The notes beneath the pieces were generated by a model. It had not been told where the DNA came from. It ran no database searches and worked only from the letters and a program-made list of their open reading frames with translations. From positions 8,432,001 through 8,496,000 of the forward strand of contig OZ365115.1 in NCBI GenBank assembly GCA_977030845.1: a DNA stretch of 64,000 nt, in the 5' to 3' direction. Each line of letters begins with the position of its first letter. The first letter of the stretch is position 1. This document shows positions 1 through 12,679 of the stretch, in pieces. A program made the position numbers and the translations under genes. This DNA comes from Fimbriosthenelais zetlandica (lineage: Eukaryota).

Positions 1-3000
1 TATCAGACAAATGTGCTGCTCACGGTGCCAAAGTGAGTCTTCTACAATCATTCAATTTCAATTACATGTACTATGTGGCTAAAAGAACATGTAATTGTGC
101 CACTTCTGGGCCTGTTCCAGGAATATATTAGTCGTATACTGAGCATTGCCTATACCTTTGTCTGTGCTTCATGTACCATCTTCATGTATCATTTCTACAC
201 TCCCTGTACCATGTACCGTTCTGTACCATTTCAGATTACAGAGAAACCACGTCCACCTCAACCACCACAACTACTACATCCCCGACCACATCTACCACGA
301 CCAGGCGTCCTGACGCCACCCCAGGTATGGAACGACGCTGGGTTATTAATATGATTGTAATGTCACCATATTCCTTCATCAGGTTGATTCTGATACACTT
401 ATTTAGTACTGTAGGATACGGCTATTCCACACCAATCCGTAGGATTAAGACTAGAAACAAATTGTACATCCTCTGGCTTGTGGAGAGTTCACACTTTAAT
501 CTAGCCAATATCTGATTGTTGTTCATGCTTCGAGTGGTCTATAAAGTAGATTTATGTTAATTTTAAATTCACCATTTATTAGGTAGTTTCCAATTAGTCA
601 AATTCGATAGAATTAGAATGAAAGCCTCCCTTTTCACTGTTTTCTGTGGATGTTATCTCTTTTCATTTAATTGTTTTCCTATTCTTTTTTCATTTCTTCT
701 ATTGATAATTTACCTTAACCTTAACTTAAATTTTAATTTAGTATTACTTAATTTTCATACTTTAAACATCCACTTATGTTATCTAATTTTGCCTTGATTC
801 TTGCTTTTAGAGTGCATCAATATGTACTATTATAGCGCTTCTTTTAATGATGCCTTTTTTAAATGTTGTAAGTTTGGCTTTGGATTCACTTTTTGATATT
901 TGGCTTTGTGTACAAAATAGTCGCAACTTCTAGTAGAACCACCACAACCACCACTACCTCTACTCCAGTACCTACCTCCACCTCAACCCAACCCTCCACC
1001 ATCAGGACAACTCTTGTTACTGCCAAACCTATAGGTCAGTAGGAAACATGCCCACAGACTAGCCATGCCGGGCATGTTACATCCAAAACAATCATAATCA
1101 TGTCAAATGTCAACCTCAATCAACTACAAGACATTCCATGAAACAAATCTTATTCTGTATTGTGAATTTGTAAAAAAATATAACAAAGTTTGCCGATTGG
1201 TTTGTTTGACTAATGGAATGATACCAGCACAAACATTTCTTTTTAGAAGCACCTCTTTAGTTTATGTATCATAATAATTATAACTCGTACACTTCTCAAT
1301 CTGAAATATTTCTCAATCATCTTCCTTATATTCTGAAGCAGAGGAAAACTAAAGACAAGTTGAAGATAAGGAAGTTCTCGGGTAAACGTTTGTAAATGAA
1401 TTAAAATTACACAATAAGTTAAGGGTGTCCACCAAAAAGACTGTCTCCATATAACCCTATATCTTCAGGGACAGTCCTTTTGGTTTAGACCCCTTATAGA
1501 CCACTCTCATCCATGTTTTAAGAATAAGTTGATGTAATTCACAGAATGCCCACAGGGAGACTCAGCTGGTTGGTGCCCCACCATTCCCACCAGCTACTGC
1601 TACACTCAGGAAGATGAATGCTGTGCTACCTGCCAAAAGAGACTCAGATCCACAGCACCACGAGGTAAAGCCAGATTCTGTTGCTCAAATAATTTATTTT
1701 TTATTTTAACCCCTGAACCCACACCCCACTATAACCCCCATGGTCCTTGATCCAGGGGGTCAAGATATTTCCTCCTTTTCTCATATAATTTCTCTCCTGC
1801 AAATGAACTAGATTTCTGAGGTGTTACTCGGCTAATATTGAGATGAAAAATCTAAGAATACTAAATTCTCTATTACAGATTGCAGATATGGAGACCGGTA
1901 CACATGGTGTGTTAATCTGAGACAGGCTCGGTGCTCGGAGGTGAGCGTCCGTGAAGACTGCTGTAGCCTCTGTGAGAGCTGGCACGAGCAAGATGGAAAC
2001 AACGGCGGTAGCTCTGATGAAGGCAAGCATTTATATGCTCTTTTATTATTTAAAATTATGTATATTTTTAAAAATTTATAATGATCAAAATGATTAATTA
2101 GAGAAACATATGTATTTTGGATATTGGTGATTTTAAATGCAAATCATTTTACAGATTTATCCTGAATATTTCGTACCGAATCATTATGAATCAACTTAAA
2201 TACTGACTGTTGTTACAGAATGCGTTGCTGACCAGCTTAATTGGTGCCCATCTATTTCCCCACGAGAGTGCTACGAATCCAACACTAAAGACAAGTGCTG
2301 CAAGAGCTGCCAAGAACACTTCACAGACGTGAATGGTGAGTGGGATGATTATATTTCTTTAACAAAAAATGCATCACTTAAATGTACTTGTATGAAAATA
2401 AATGTAAATACTATAACACATGCATGCGACGAAGCACAAACTCACTTGGCACGTAAGTGAAAAATAAAAAAAATATATTAAGGAATATGCGAGCAGGAGC
2501 TAGACAATTTAGTCATTTACAGATAATCTATATCTGTGATACATTGCATGATGCAAGTTTTATGGGGTGTTGGTTGTAATATAGCATATTGCATGTATAT
2601 GTTAACCTGGATCATGTTCATATTAGTGAAATCTAGTTTTACAATTTTGATTTTGATAGTGTACAAATGCATGTATGAAACCTCCTAAACCTGCACTTTT
2701 GAATAGTGACTACAATTTTATGATGTGTCATTTTTAACCAAGGTTGCGACTATGGGGACAAGGCCCAGTGGTGTTTGGGGGAGAGATTTTACTCCCAAAA
2801 CTGTTATCAGGATCACTGGGTGTGCTGTCACACCTGTCGTACCCGTTACTACACGGGGGTCAAAGGTTAGGTCCCTCCAGTGACTAATTAAAGTACCTAA
2901 TGCTTCTGGAAAACTGTCCACGTATATTGCTCTATTGGTCACTCTGTGTTTTAACCACTTTCTGTTTACATAATTTTCAATTATGTTGATTTGACACAAG

Positions 3001-6000
3001 CAACACATTCTTTTCCTGAATTGAATCAATTTCTATATTTGGGGGATGGAATTTCTTGCTTTTACTTGAAATGCTGTAACAAGAACATTTCCTTATTTCA
3101 CCAATCTCTTTTACAGTTCAATCTGTTCTACCCTGGAATCATTTTTTGTACTCTGGATTATTTATTTCATTTATCTTGTCATTTTCCTTCCATTGTCCTC
3201 AGTTACCCACCTCAGACATTTAATACAGCTACTGCCCAGATTGCTTCCGTAATATTTACTTTCAGTCCCATACTGCAAGCGCCAGGCTGGAGAAATGAAG
3301 CACAATCATATCATAATATTAACCTTCTAACCTCATCAGTCAATGCAGATAAATCAGCCAATATTCATCAATATAAGTATATGCCTCACAATTCACAATA
3401 TCTAACATCTGTTTGTTGCAGTAGATTTTGGCCAGGAGAATTATATACGATGTTGTTTCAGTATATTGTTGTATATTATTATTCAGTTTTTGTTAGCCTG
3501 CAAAATGTCCCCTTGTACGTTTACATTCACAGCTAGTGGAATTGTTTAAATAACGGAATCGTTCTGAATATATTTGGTTTTAATCTTTAACTGCAAGAAA
3601 GACATTTCCAGGCACATAATTTTGGTGCCTGAAGATATTGGAGATTATGAATATAATTAATTCTATTAAATTATATAGCACACTCTCTGTGCCCACATTG
3701 ACGTGCCAGTGTTTTGAATATTTGTTAAGATGAACATATTTTCAATTGAAGGCTGTGAATATGGAGACAGGACTACAGTTTGTGATGGCCTTGATTGTAA
3801 CGACCCGGTTATAAGAGATCTCTGCTGTGCCACCTGTGCTGCTAAAGGCATCACATCTACAACAAAGCCCCTCCGACCTGTCACTGTACCTCCCCCTAAC
3901 TTTGGTAAGAGAATGCTTATATTATTTCATTTTTAGCAAGAAATAACTTGAATAGCCCCTTATAATAATATCCTTATTTTCACAATGCGTTGATAATGAT
4001 TTCAATATTATTGGGGCCCACTACATTAGAACCGAAAAGAAAATTAAGTGAGAAAATAACTACACCCAGAGCCAAAAAATGCTCGTACAGAAAATGCTTC
4101 TATGCTTCTATACAGTCATTAACAGTAAGTTCTCAATTCTGACATTTGATGAACTTCTTTTCAGGCTGTCAAGGAGATGAGGTGTCCTGGTGTGACACCA
4201 TTAAAAGCTTCCATTGCTATAACGACCAAGATGTGTGCTGCAGTACATGTGGCAGGCTTTACCTCGGATTCAAAGGTATGAGCCAGAGATTCACATTGAT
4301 CTGTGATGCTAACATTCTACTAGTATGCTACTGACATCTGAAAAGTTACCGTTTAACACTATTTTTATTATGGGGGTTTATTAAATATCACTATTTTTAT
4401 ATTTATTTCAAGGCTGTGAATATGGAGACAGGGTGAGTTGGTGTGCTGAGGCTGTGGAGAGGCCAGAGGATTGTAACAGACCTGATATTGGTGGTAAGTG
4501 CTGTTACACCTGTGCAGCGAATGGCAACCCATCAACCAAAGGTGAGCAAGATGAGGATAATTGGCTTGGCTAAAGATATATCATTTTACAGGCCAATTAG
4601 ATCAAAGTTTCATTAATATCCCACTAGAATGCAGGAAAAGATTTCTTAGATTGTCTGAGGTGGGGGCCTAGATCGAACATACATCTAGCCCCACCCCCCA
4701 GTTGCAAAACTCTGCATGGATCCACCCCCTGTATGAGACACTCTGAAAGATGTCAGTGTAACTCTCTCCATTTCTCATTCAAACAGAGAGGCCAGAAGAC
4801 TGGACTGAGGGAGTTATAGTTGGATTCTTGAGTGAACAAATCCCAGAGGTAATCATCTTTCCTTTTTGTATACTTATTGTTATTTGTAAGGTAAATAAAG
4901 AAATAAATCAATGAATATCCATAGTAGATATATGCCATCATTGAGCTAAAGGTTAATGTAACTTTCTCCTGTGAAAATTCCAGGTGATTCAAGGAGAAGT
5001 AGAAATGCTTACATTCCTCTCACATAAAGTGAATGACTATTGCATTGAAAACCCAAACCATTGCTGTTCATATTTGGATGACGCCAAGGAAGTCAGGTAA
5101 GTAACTGTTAACACGACTCAACATGTTCGACAATTATGAATCTCAATTGATTTCAATATTAACTATTGTATCCTGCTTTCTTAATAATTATTGTCAATTT
5201 AACCATGTACAGAAGGTAAATGGCTAGGAAATAGCACAATCAGTTTGTTATCAATTTCTCCCATCATTAGGGCTGAGCAATCATCAGAAGATGAAGATAA
5301 TGGTGTGACATTAGAGCAGCAGTCTGATATACGTGTGGTACTGCCCACTGATGTGCAGGTCGCTGGTGGCTACCCACGACGCAGCGACGTCAATAATGGA
5401 GAAATAATGTAAGAATAAGATTGACAATCGACTTAGAAAGGGTCAGCAGTACCATCGTGACAAATATTACAACTTATTTTTGTAAATTCAGCTAAGTAGC
5501 ACACTGGATATTGTTTTTTTAAATTTCCTATTAAAAGGTATCTTAAAATGAATTAAGTTTTACTCTGGCAGACTTATGGATTGTTTCTTTTCAGAAGCTT
5601 AAACAAGGGTTTCACATTTCAATTTTTCGTTATTTTCTAGAACTAAGTACCTGGTGAGTCTTAGGGAGGAATCTTTGGAGAGGCTGTGTGGATTCAAATC
5701 CTCATCTTCCTCTAAAAGGAGAAAGAGGGCAGCCGGAGATGAGCCACCACCCATTTACTTCAGCAAACACAAGCTACGAGAAGTCATTGTAGAAAATAAA
5801 GAAAAAATAGAATCAGTAAGTTCAATTTAAATTCCATTTCGATTATGTAAATGACTTCCTGCTCAAAAATGTCATACTTTTTGACCTGCATGGGGCACTT
5901 CTATTGTGTTTAGTAGTTCTACCTGATTTTTGTAATCTGGTAAAGTTTTTCTGGCAAATAATATGTCTTGTTTCTATTACAGGCACTTGGAGTTAATATA

Positions 6001-7622
6001 TCCAGAGTTGTTCTGGCTGAAGACAAACACATGACAGGGTTTAAAGTGGCCATCGGTGTTGCTGCAGGCGCCGTGGCTGCATTTATTATAGTCAGTGTAG
6101 CACTGGTAATAACAGTCAAAAAATTATTAAGGTAAGCGCAATTTCTCTCTAAATAATTTTAAATTATGTTTAAAAGTATGTGAAAGAAACCATTTGGAGG
6201 TTTTAGATGTGGAACATTGCCTCTTTTTAGCTCTCTTATCTTTTAGCCTTATACGTATCTTCATCCAATTTTGATATGATCTAAAGGTTACAATAATTAT
6301 TCTATTAAATTAATTTAAAAAAAACAATCTTTCATTTCTGCGCTGTTAATATGTCAACAGAAGTCCAAAAAAGGAACATGCTACAACAGAGGTGACTTCA
6401 ACAGTAATCCATAAATCATAAAGATTAAGATTCATTATGATATTGGTAAGGGCAAACAAAAAAACTTGAAAATTAGGTACAACTGAAGTTAAGTTAACAC
6501 ACAATAATATAATTGTAAGTTAAACTAACTATACATGCACATCCATTGGTGTTGGCTTAACATTTATATTTTTTAGATTTTAAGTCTAACTATAATTTAC
6601 TACCTACTATAAAATGTTGTTTAAGTTTGATTTGATTTAATTTTGACTAACATCATTCATCTGATAAGTTTAATTTTTAGCATTTTAATTGTTTTAACCA
6701 TGCGCAGATTTCAACAATGCTGCACACATAGTCTAATACATGTGATACCCCATGCAACTAATTATATCCATAGGTTTCGCTATTTTAAAACACAAATTCA
6801 AACGATTCAAAATGAAGGATGCAAATTCTCATTGACCTAAAGCTTATATCAATATATTATATAGATACTTGTAGATCTATAAAAACACTGAGGCCGAATT
6901 GTTTTACAGTTTATAATGCTAAGATTGATATACTCATTTCATATCTTAATTTATATCTTTAACATGGACAAAGGGAGTTCTGATCTTATGCTGAATTTTG
7001 AACCCTTTCTTTCTCACAAACATTTTAAAATGATATGATCCAATTTTCCCAAATTCTGCAGGCTACGACACTAAAAACAAAGAATTGCTTAAAGTACTAT
7101 AATATTAAGTTGACTGCTTTCTGCTTGGAAAGCTTCATCTCTGATGAATACTGGGATAAATCAATATATTATTTCTCATTTTCCAGTAAGAAAAATTCAA
7201 AAGAATCAAAGGATAAGGAGGAGCTGTATAGGCAGACGCCCATCCCGGTGGTTAAATCGAGGAATAAGGTATCAGACTGGAGCGCCATCACAGGCTCTCT
7301 CTCCTCCCTCTCCTCATCCACCACCAACCTCACCTCAGATGTCTACCTGTCTAACTCCAGACTCCCTAAGGTCAATTACGTCATGTCTACCAAGGACAAA
7401 AACAGTACTTCCTCCAGGGATCATAATATCTCCAACAGCATTCATCGACCCAGGATTTCTCCCGCTCCTCCCCCACCAGCCCTTCCTCCACGGACCTATG
7501 TTAGGAACCATAGATCTGGGGATATGGTTCCAAGCAGTGGTACCAACAGGTCCCATGGCCAGTGGCGCCATGCGTGGCAAAATCGGGGAGGTAGACCGGA
7601 GGAAATTATGGAAAGGTATTAA
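1..7622 (+). CDS. 3' portion of a multi-exon type-I membrane protein: Thr/Ser mucin stalks, tandem PLAC-like 6-Cys repeats, juxtamembrane domain with furin site, TM helix, Pro-rich cytoplasmic tail (5' end lies outside the window)
   Basis: Hand-assembled exons with AG/GT borders and compatible phases: <1-32, 235-324, 921-1034, 1545-1664, 1879-2007 (or 2022), 2219-2335, 2743-2865, 3752-3904, 4165-4275, 4413-4541, 4787-4848, 4984-5096, 5271-5408, 5641-5815, 5983-6131, 7187-7622. Repeats look like GCEYGDRVSWCAEAVERPEDCNRPDIGGKCCYTCA. KRRKRAA occurs in exon 5641-5815, TM is VAIGVAAGAVAAFIIVSVALVITV, and the tail contains PAPPPPALPPRTY. The PLAC label comes from Cys spacing only. Confidence 0.85.
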
Positions 7623-7779
7623 TTGTGAAAACTAGCATTATAAAATCATGGATTTATGGTATATTGTGATATATGAATCTCAAATGTTTCATCCAGCAGC
7701 TGATGAAAGTAGAGATTGATTTGTAATTATAAAGTGTTTCATTTAAACTTTTTTACTTTCCGATATTGAATTATGTGAT

Positions 7780-8186
7780 TACCGTACTTGCCGGTGTATA
7801 ACGCGCAACTTTTTGACCTGGTAATTGGCCAAAATCGGGGCCTGCGCGTTATACACCGGAGCGCATTATATATGGATTTTTCTCACATGGTGACTGCCAA
7901 ATTCGATCTAAGTTCGGCGGGACCATGCTTGTCAGACTTCAAAGGGACGCATGGTGGGAGGCAGCCGACTATGTCCACGGATTAGTGGTCGGCTAATTAG
8001 TCCATACAGAAAAGCTATGTTGCCTTGAGATGGCTATTGTGTCTGGGAGGACGCTGTCTGGGGTGGGAGAAACGGGTATACAAATTGCGCGTTATACACC
8101 GGTGCGCACTATATATGGATTTTACTTGAGAGGTAGGGGGGTGCGCGTTATAGTCCGGAGCGCGTTATACACCGGCAAGTACGGTA
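7780..8186. mobile_element. Non-autonomous Tc1/mariner-superfamily (Tc2/pogo-like) MITE, copy 1
   Basis: Perfect terminal inverted repeat TACCGTACTTGCCGGTGTATAACGCGC ... GCGCGTTATACACCGGCAAGTACGGTA, including flanking TA. Internal copies of GCGCGTTATACACCGG. Near-identical copy at 56655-57061. CCGTA termini with a TA target are characteristic of Tc2/pogo elements. Confidence 0.9.
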
Positions 8187-10250
8187 AGCACTATAGATAT
8201 GGTCATCTATTGCACTGCATTATTTCAGTACATTGCTGCCTTCTTAAAATTATAGTCGTTATTGTCCGTTTAGTTATATTATGCTTTAATCATTTTCAAA
8301 GCAGCATCCCTGAATGAATCAAATAAAGATTTGGGCAAATTTATGTCCAGAGTAGTCCCATGCATGTATGCAACTTCACTTCAAATTTACATAATTATGA
8401 CGACTAGCGTTAGCTTACAAAGACAGCATTGTACTCTGGTTGTTCATATAATATCTTCCTATGTCAGAGACACTGGAGACACAACGATTGCTGCTGCAAA
8501 CGTACAATTTTCAATATATTATACAAAATATTATACGAACTTAGGCTCACCAAAAAAGTGTTCACGTAGTTTGCTATTTATATCGAGGGACGTTTTTATA
8601 AATACACAATATTTGTATGAATATACTTCATATGGAATTATTCCACATATTTATGAAGCTTCTTTTTCTTGATACACGATATAAAAGTTATATTTATGTA
8701 TGTCGTTTTTAACATTAGTTTGATGCAGACCACACCCGGCCGTCAAATCAATATTTATTTCTCGGTGGTTGAGGCGGAAATTTATGGAAAGTTAGACTCT
8801 GAAAGCATGCATGTGAAGTTTTTGGCTTGAAAGGCATCGCTGGATCCTCCTGTAACTTAATTATTTTTTTTATTCCGATCGAGGGGCTATAGGTTACCAC
8901 AATTAACTGTATGCTCAGAAATTCGATTGGAAGTTCTTTTTAATAGTTTCTGTCCATGCGATAGACTTCACATTCCATGGAATCTCTGTGATAAATATAT
9001 TGTTTCAAATTATTTTACAATTATTTGGATATCATTTTGTAAGTTAATTCCCACATCAGTCCCACTCCATGAAAATTAGTAATGTCATACCTCTTTGTGA
9101 TTTCTCTAATGTCTTGATATTCTTCCTTCATCTTTAATAGTACCGGTAAGAATCTTTAATATATTTTACAGAATGTCTTATGAGCGATGTAATGAGTTCT
9201 GCGGGGTCAGGGTTTTTCATTGTTAAGATTGTTTTAAATGACGGAAACTAGTTTATGAATATTAGTGTTAGTCTATAATATTTCATTTTTTGTTTAAAGT
9301 CATTTGACTGACGCAGTTAAAACGGAAAGCAAGTGGTTATCTTCGACGTCAATTATCGTATCGTATATTCTTTTAATATGAAAATGGGTTTGTTTCGCAA
9401 GCTAGGCTACATAATTTATAATGGTTTATATGATAGGGCTCCTCCTAAATACACGCTCTCAAAATATCACAGATTGTGACAGGGTGTTTGATTTGGGGGG
9501 CGGGGGATATACATGCATAGCTTGCTAAACATTGTCCAATTGGACATTTTCTTCTTTCTCAGGACATAATCTTTCTGCCGGGTTTTTATTTTTCCCGGCC
9601 CATGCAGGTACATGTACTTTATAATTCTCTTTCATACATTTTGGTTGCATACCATATCAAACTGTTGTACATAGGCTAATAATATTGCTTAATAATTAAA
9701 TTAAACAACTCATTGATGCACGCTAAGTCACTGCTTAGTAAACGTGACTATATATTAGCCCTATATGTTGGTGTCAATTAAGCTTGATTTTGAAATGTGT
9801 TTGAGTTTTATTTGAGACTGGATCTTTTATCATTTTTGTTATGGCATACATGCGTGAATAAGGTGCTTGGTAAACCAGATTTATATCAAGTATGCCTATA
9901 GGCTAGGCGAGTAAATGGACGGCCCTGAACATTGTAAATTATTATTATACAGTCAGTGTCATTGTGTTGAAATTTGTATCGAAATAAATTGCATATTATT
10001 AAGTGTATAAAAAAAGTATAGGCCTAAAATTATTGATATACGTTAGGATAACAATTTCTTTGATAATGTAGAAATTTGAATTTAATTTCTTAGAAAATAT
10101 TCTGCTGGACAGAGGTTTCTTCTAGTTTCCTTGGCCGTGAATATCATGCATCTATACATCATGTAATCATTGTTTGACGAGTTTTTGTTAAATAAAAATG
10201 CTTCTTAAACCTTGTGCAGTACAAGACTGGAGTGAAGCTATGGAGTTATG

Positions 10251-10450
10251 ATACTGCCACTGAGGGCGCCACTATCACAGATAGACTATGTCATACTGCC
10301 ACTGAGGGCGCCACTATCACAGATTCACAGCTACAAGAATAGACTATATGATACTGCCACTGAGGGCGCCACTATCACAGCTAGAAGAATAGACTAGGTG
10401 GTACTGCCACTGAGGGCGCCACTATCGCAGTAAGTAGAATAGACTAGGTG
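10251..10450. repeat. Four-unit direct repeat with invariant 25-bp core TACTGCCACTGAGGGCGCCACTATC and variable-length linkers
   Basis: Units start at 10251, 10293, 10351 and 10401 (periods 42, 58, 50). Linkers share pieces such as ATAGACTA. Confidence 0.9.
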
Positions 10451-11194
10451 GGATATATTATAGAGATCTCTACAAGTCAAGGCCCTCCGCCCACAACCCA
10501 ACCCCCCCCCCTACTTCTCCACGGATCCGGCAATGAAGTTTATAGGCCTATCAATGATTATCAATACATTCTAAGTTGTAACTCCGTGTCATGTGGAATT
10601 ACTACAAGTTAGATTAAGGGGGTTAATTAAATCTGGTGGCATTATGCACTTACCTTTTTGGTTGCTGTGTAAAGAATCCCTTCAGAGTTCTCTTTCACTG
10701 GTAGGCCTAGGCTAATCACTGGTAATCACTGGTAGCCTAATGATGTTGGTGGTGTGACCCCACATGTTGTGACTGACAGTGTGACAGACATCCTAAAGAG
10801 TAGCCTAATTCCGGATCAGCGTCTTCTAGTCCTTTCTTGAGTTTATAAATAGTTCCCGAGTATATCTCCTCTTCTCCTGTAATCTCACCTGGGCAGGTTT
10901 AGGGCCTTCAGTCGTTTGCCTCCTGCTATTGTTTAGACCTATAAGGCCCAGGCCCTACTTGTTTACCGCTTGTTTATCTGCCTGCCAACAAGACTGAAGC
11001 TCGCCACGTGCAACAACCGTAACGTCAAGAACGCTTCCTCTAGTCTGTTTGTTTACACCAAGCACTGACGGAGTCACAAAGGTTTCACTTTCACATCCTT
11101 CGAGTAGGAAATCCCCATTGTAGGCGGCTCGCAGGCCTAAGTAAAAGCCTGATCTAATCTCCAACCAGGCCATGCCGACTCGTTTTTCGAAATG

Positions 11195-11300
11195 AGGAAT
11201 TCCCTCATGGGGAATCCCTCGAAAGCACGTGACCAGTCTAATCCAATCAGAACGAGGGCGCCCAAAAAGGAACATGTAAACCAAATTTTTCAGGTAAGAT
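11195..11300 (+). promoter_or_regulatory. Possible promoter-like cluster (E-box, CCAAT box) followed by a strong splice-donor-like site
   Basis: CACGTGAC at 11226-11233, CCAATCAG at 11243-11250 and CAG|GTAAGA at 11293/11294, in a locally GC-richer island. No transcript evidence. Confidence 0.3.
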
Positions 11301-12679
11301 CCCACAATTCTAAACTTTAAAATGTCTCGCAAATACTTTAGTTACAATGCCATTCGCCGTTGAACAACTTGTAAAATTATCCAGGTCCATTTTGGTAGCG
11401 GAAATATGAGCAATTTACATAAAATGATTTCATAATTCGATAAAGTTGAACAGGCTAAATGGACGCGTGAATGTTTGATGAGGGACAAAATTGTGACCCA
11501 AGTGAGCCGCTCTTTCGCCACGGATATTTATGGATAAAGGAAATAAAACTTCATTTTAAAGTTCTCAAAAGTTCATGAATCCTGTTTCCAATGTAATATA
11601 CCGAAGCACAAGACCGGATGTAATATCATTAGGCCTATATCCCTCGGCCAAGGGGCAAAATTTAATGTTGACACGAGAGTGTCCGTCATTGCTGTCAAAT
11701 GTGACCATGCTCTCCCTGTCACATATAATTGATATAGGCCTAATGCCGATGTGAAAACACCTAAGACAATGTATAGTAGATGTGTCGATCAGTATAGGCT
11801 TATGTTTAAATAGATTCAGTGATGAATTGATTGATTTTGACGACAATGTAGGCCTAGGATCCGATAGCGTGATCGATTGGCCCTTTACACTATACTATAT
11901 AGGCCCTATTATATAATAATGTGTTCAAATTGTACAATGCAGCCTAGCCTAGGGACCTACTGATTCTGCTTCGAGGCCTAATTAACTGGGGTCTCATAAT
12001 AGGCCAAATGTAGGCCTACTGATTACCCCCCGTTTTATTAATTTATGCTTGTTCTCAAATACGAAAAAAAATCTGGATTTTTTTAGGCACTGATTCTTAT
12101 ATGGCCAATCCGATAGGAAATCATTTAATGGACAGGCTTTTTAAAAATTTCATATTCCTGAATTACGTGAATTACGTATAGGCTACAATGTGTTTTAAAA
12201 ATATGAATTTGTAGACAGTTATTTAATTATATATTATTAATTATTACTATTAATCCATGAATTTTTGGAATGTCATTATATTGGATCCGTGTTTTCAAAA
12301 TCTGGGTCGTTCTGTTTAAACCTACACTATCCCTCTGCATCTCAGAGTTAATATTCCTGGAGAATTTATCACAATGTTGGCATACTAGGTGGTGTTAGAA
12401 AAGGATGGGGTAAAGTAGAGAGGAGCTATTCTGACAGAGGGCAGCACTGGTTGCCAAGCCATGGTTCTTAATAGCAGATAGCTTGGAGTTTGTTCTCACC
12501 AAAATATTTATTGTAAGCCTTAACTTCTCAGAGTTCTCTTTTCTAAAAATGATCAAGTCTTAAAGTATCATCAGATAAATGTTTAACTAAACGTTGTATC
12601 TGGCAAATGGTCTAGCCTATAAAACAAAATAATGATCCATAAAACTAAAAAGAGCTGCCCGTATGGATTTTGGTTACAA

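Noticed and set aside
1339-1382. Small exon between the mucin and PLAC-like exons
   Set aside because: The phase-compatible acceptor frames contain a stop.
2991-3536. 181-aa + strand ORF
   Set aside because: It lies in an intron between phase-compatible exons, has AT-rich composition and no recognisable motif.
6361-6403. Extra cytoplasmic exon of the receptor gene
   Set aside because: Its available donors are phase 0 while the last exon needs phase 2. Direct 6131-7187 splicing keeps the frame.
7788-8317. ORFs in the MITE (also 56531-57090) as a transposase
   Set aside because: Too short, no DDE/D or HTH motifs, and the element is only 407 bp.
10251-10450. CRISPR-like repeat/spacer pattern
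   Set aside because: The 'spacers' are short and related to each other, there are no cas genes, and the context is an intron-rich animal genome.
8940-10940. Small minus-strand gene suggested by donor-like sites near 9093, 10652 and 10890
   Set aside because: The phases could not be joined into a coherent ORF, some implied introns are under 45 nt, and there is no recognisable protein motif.
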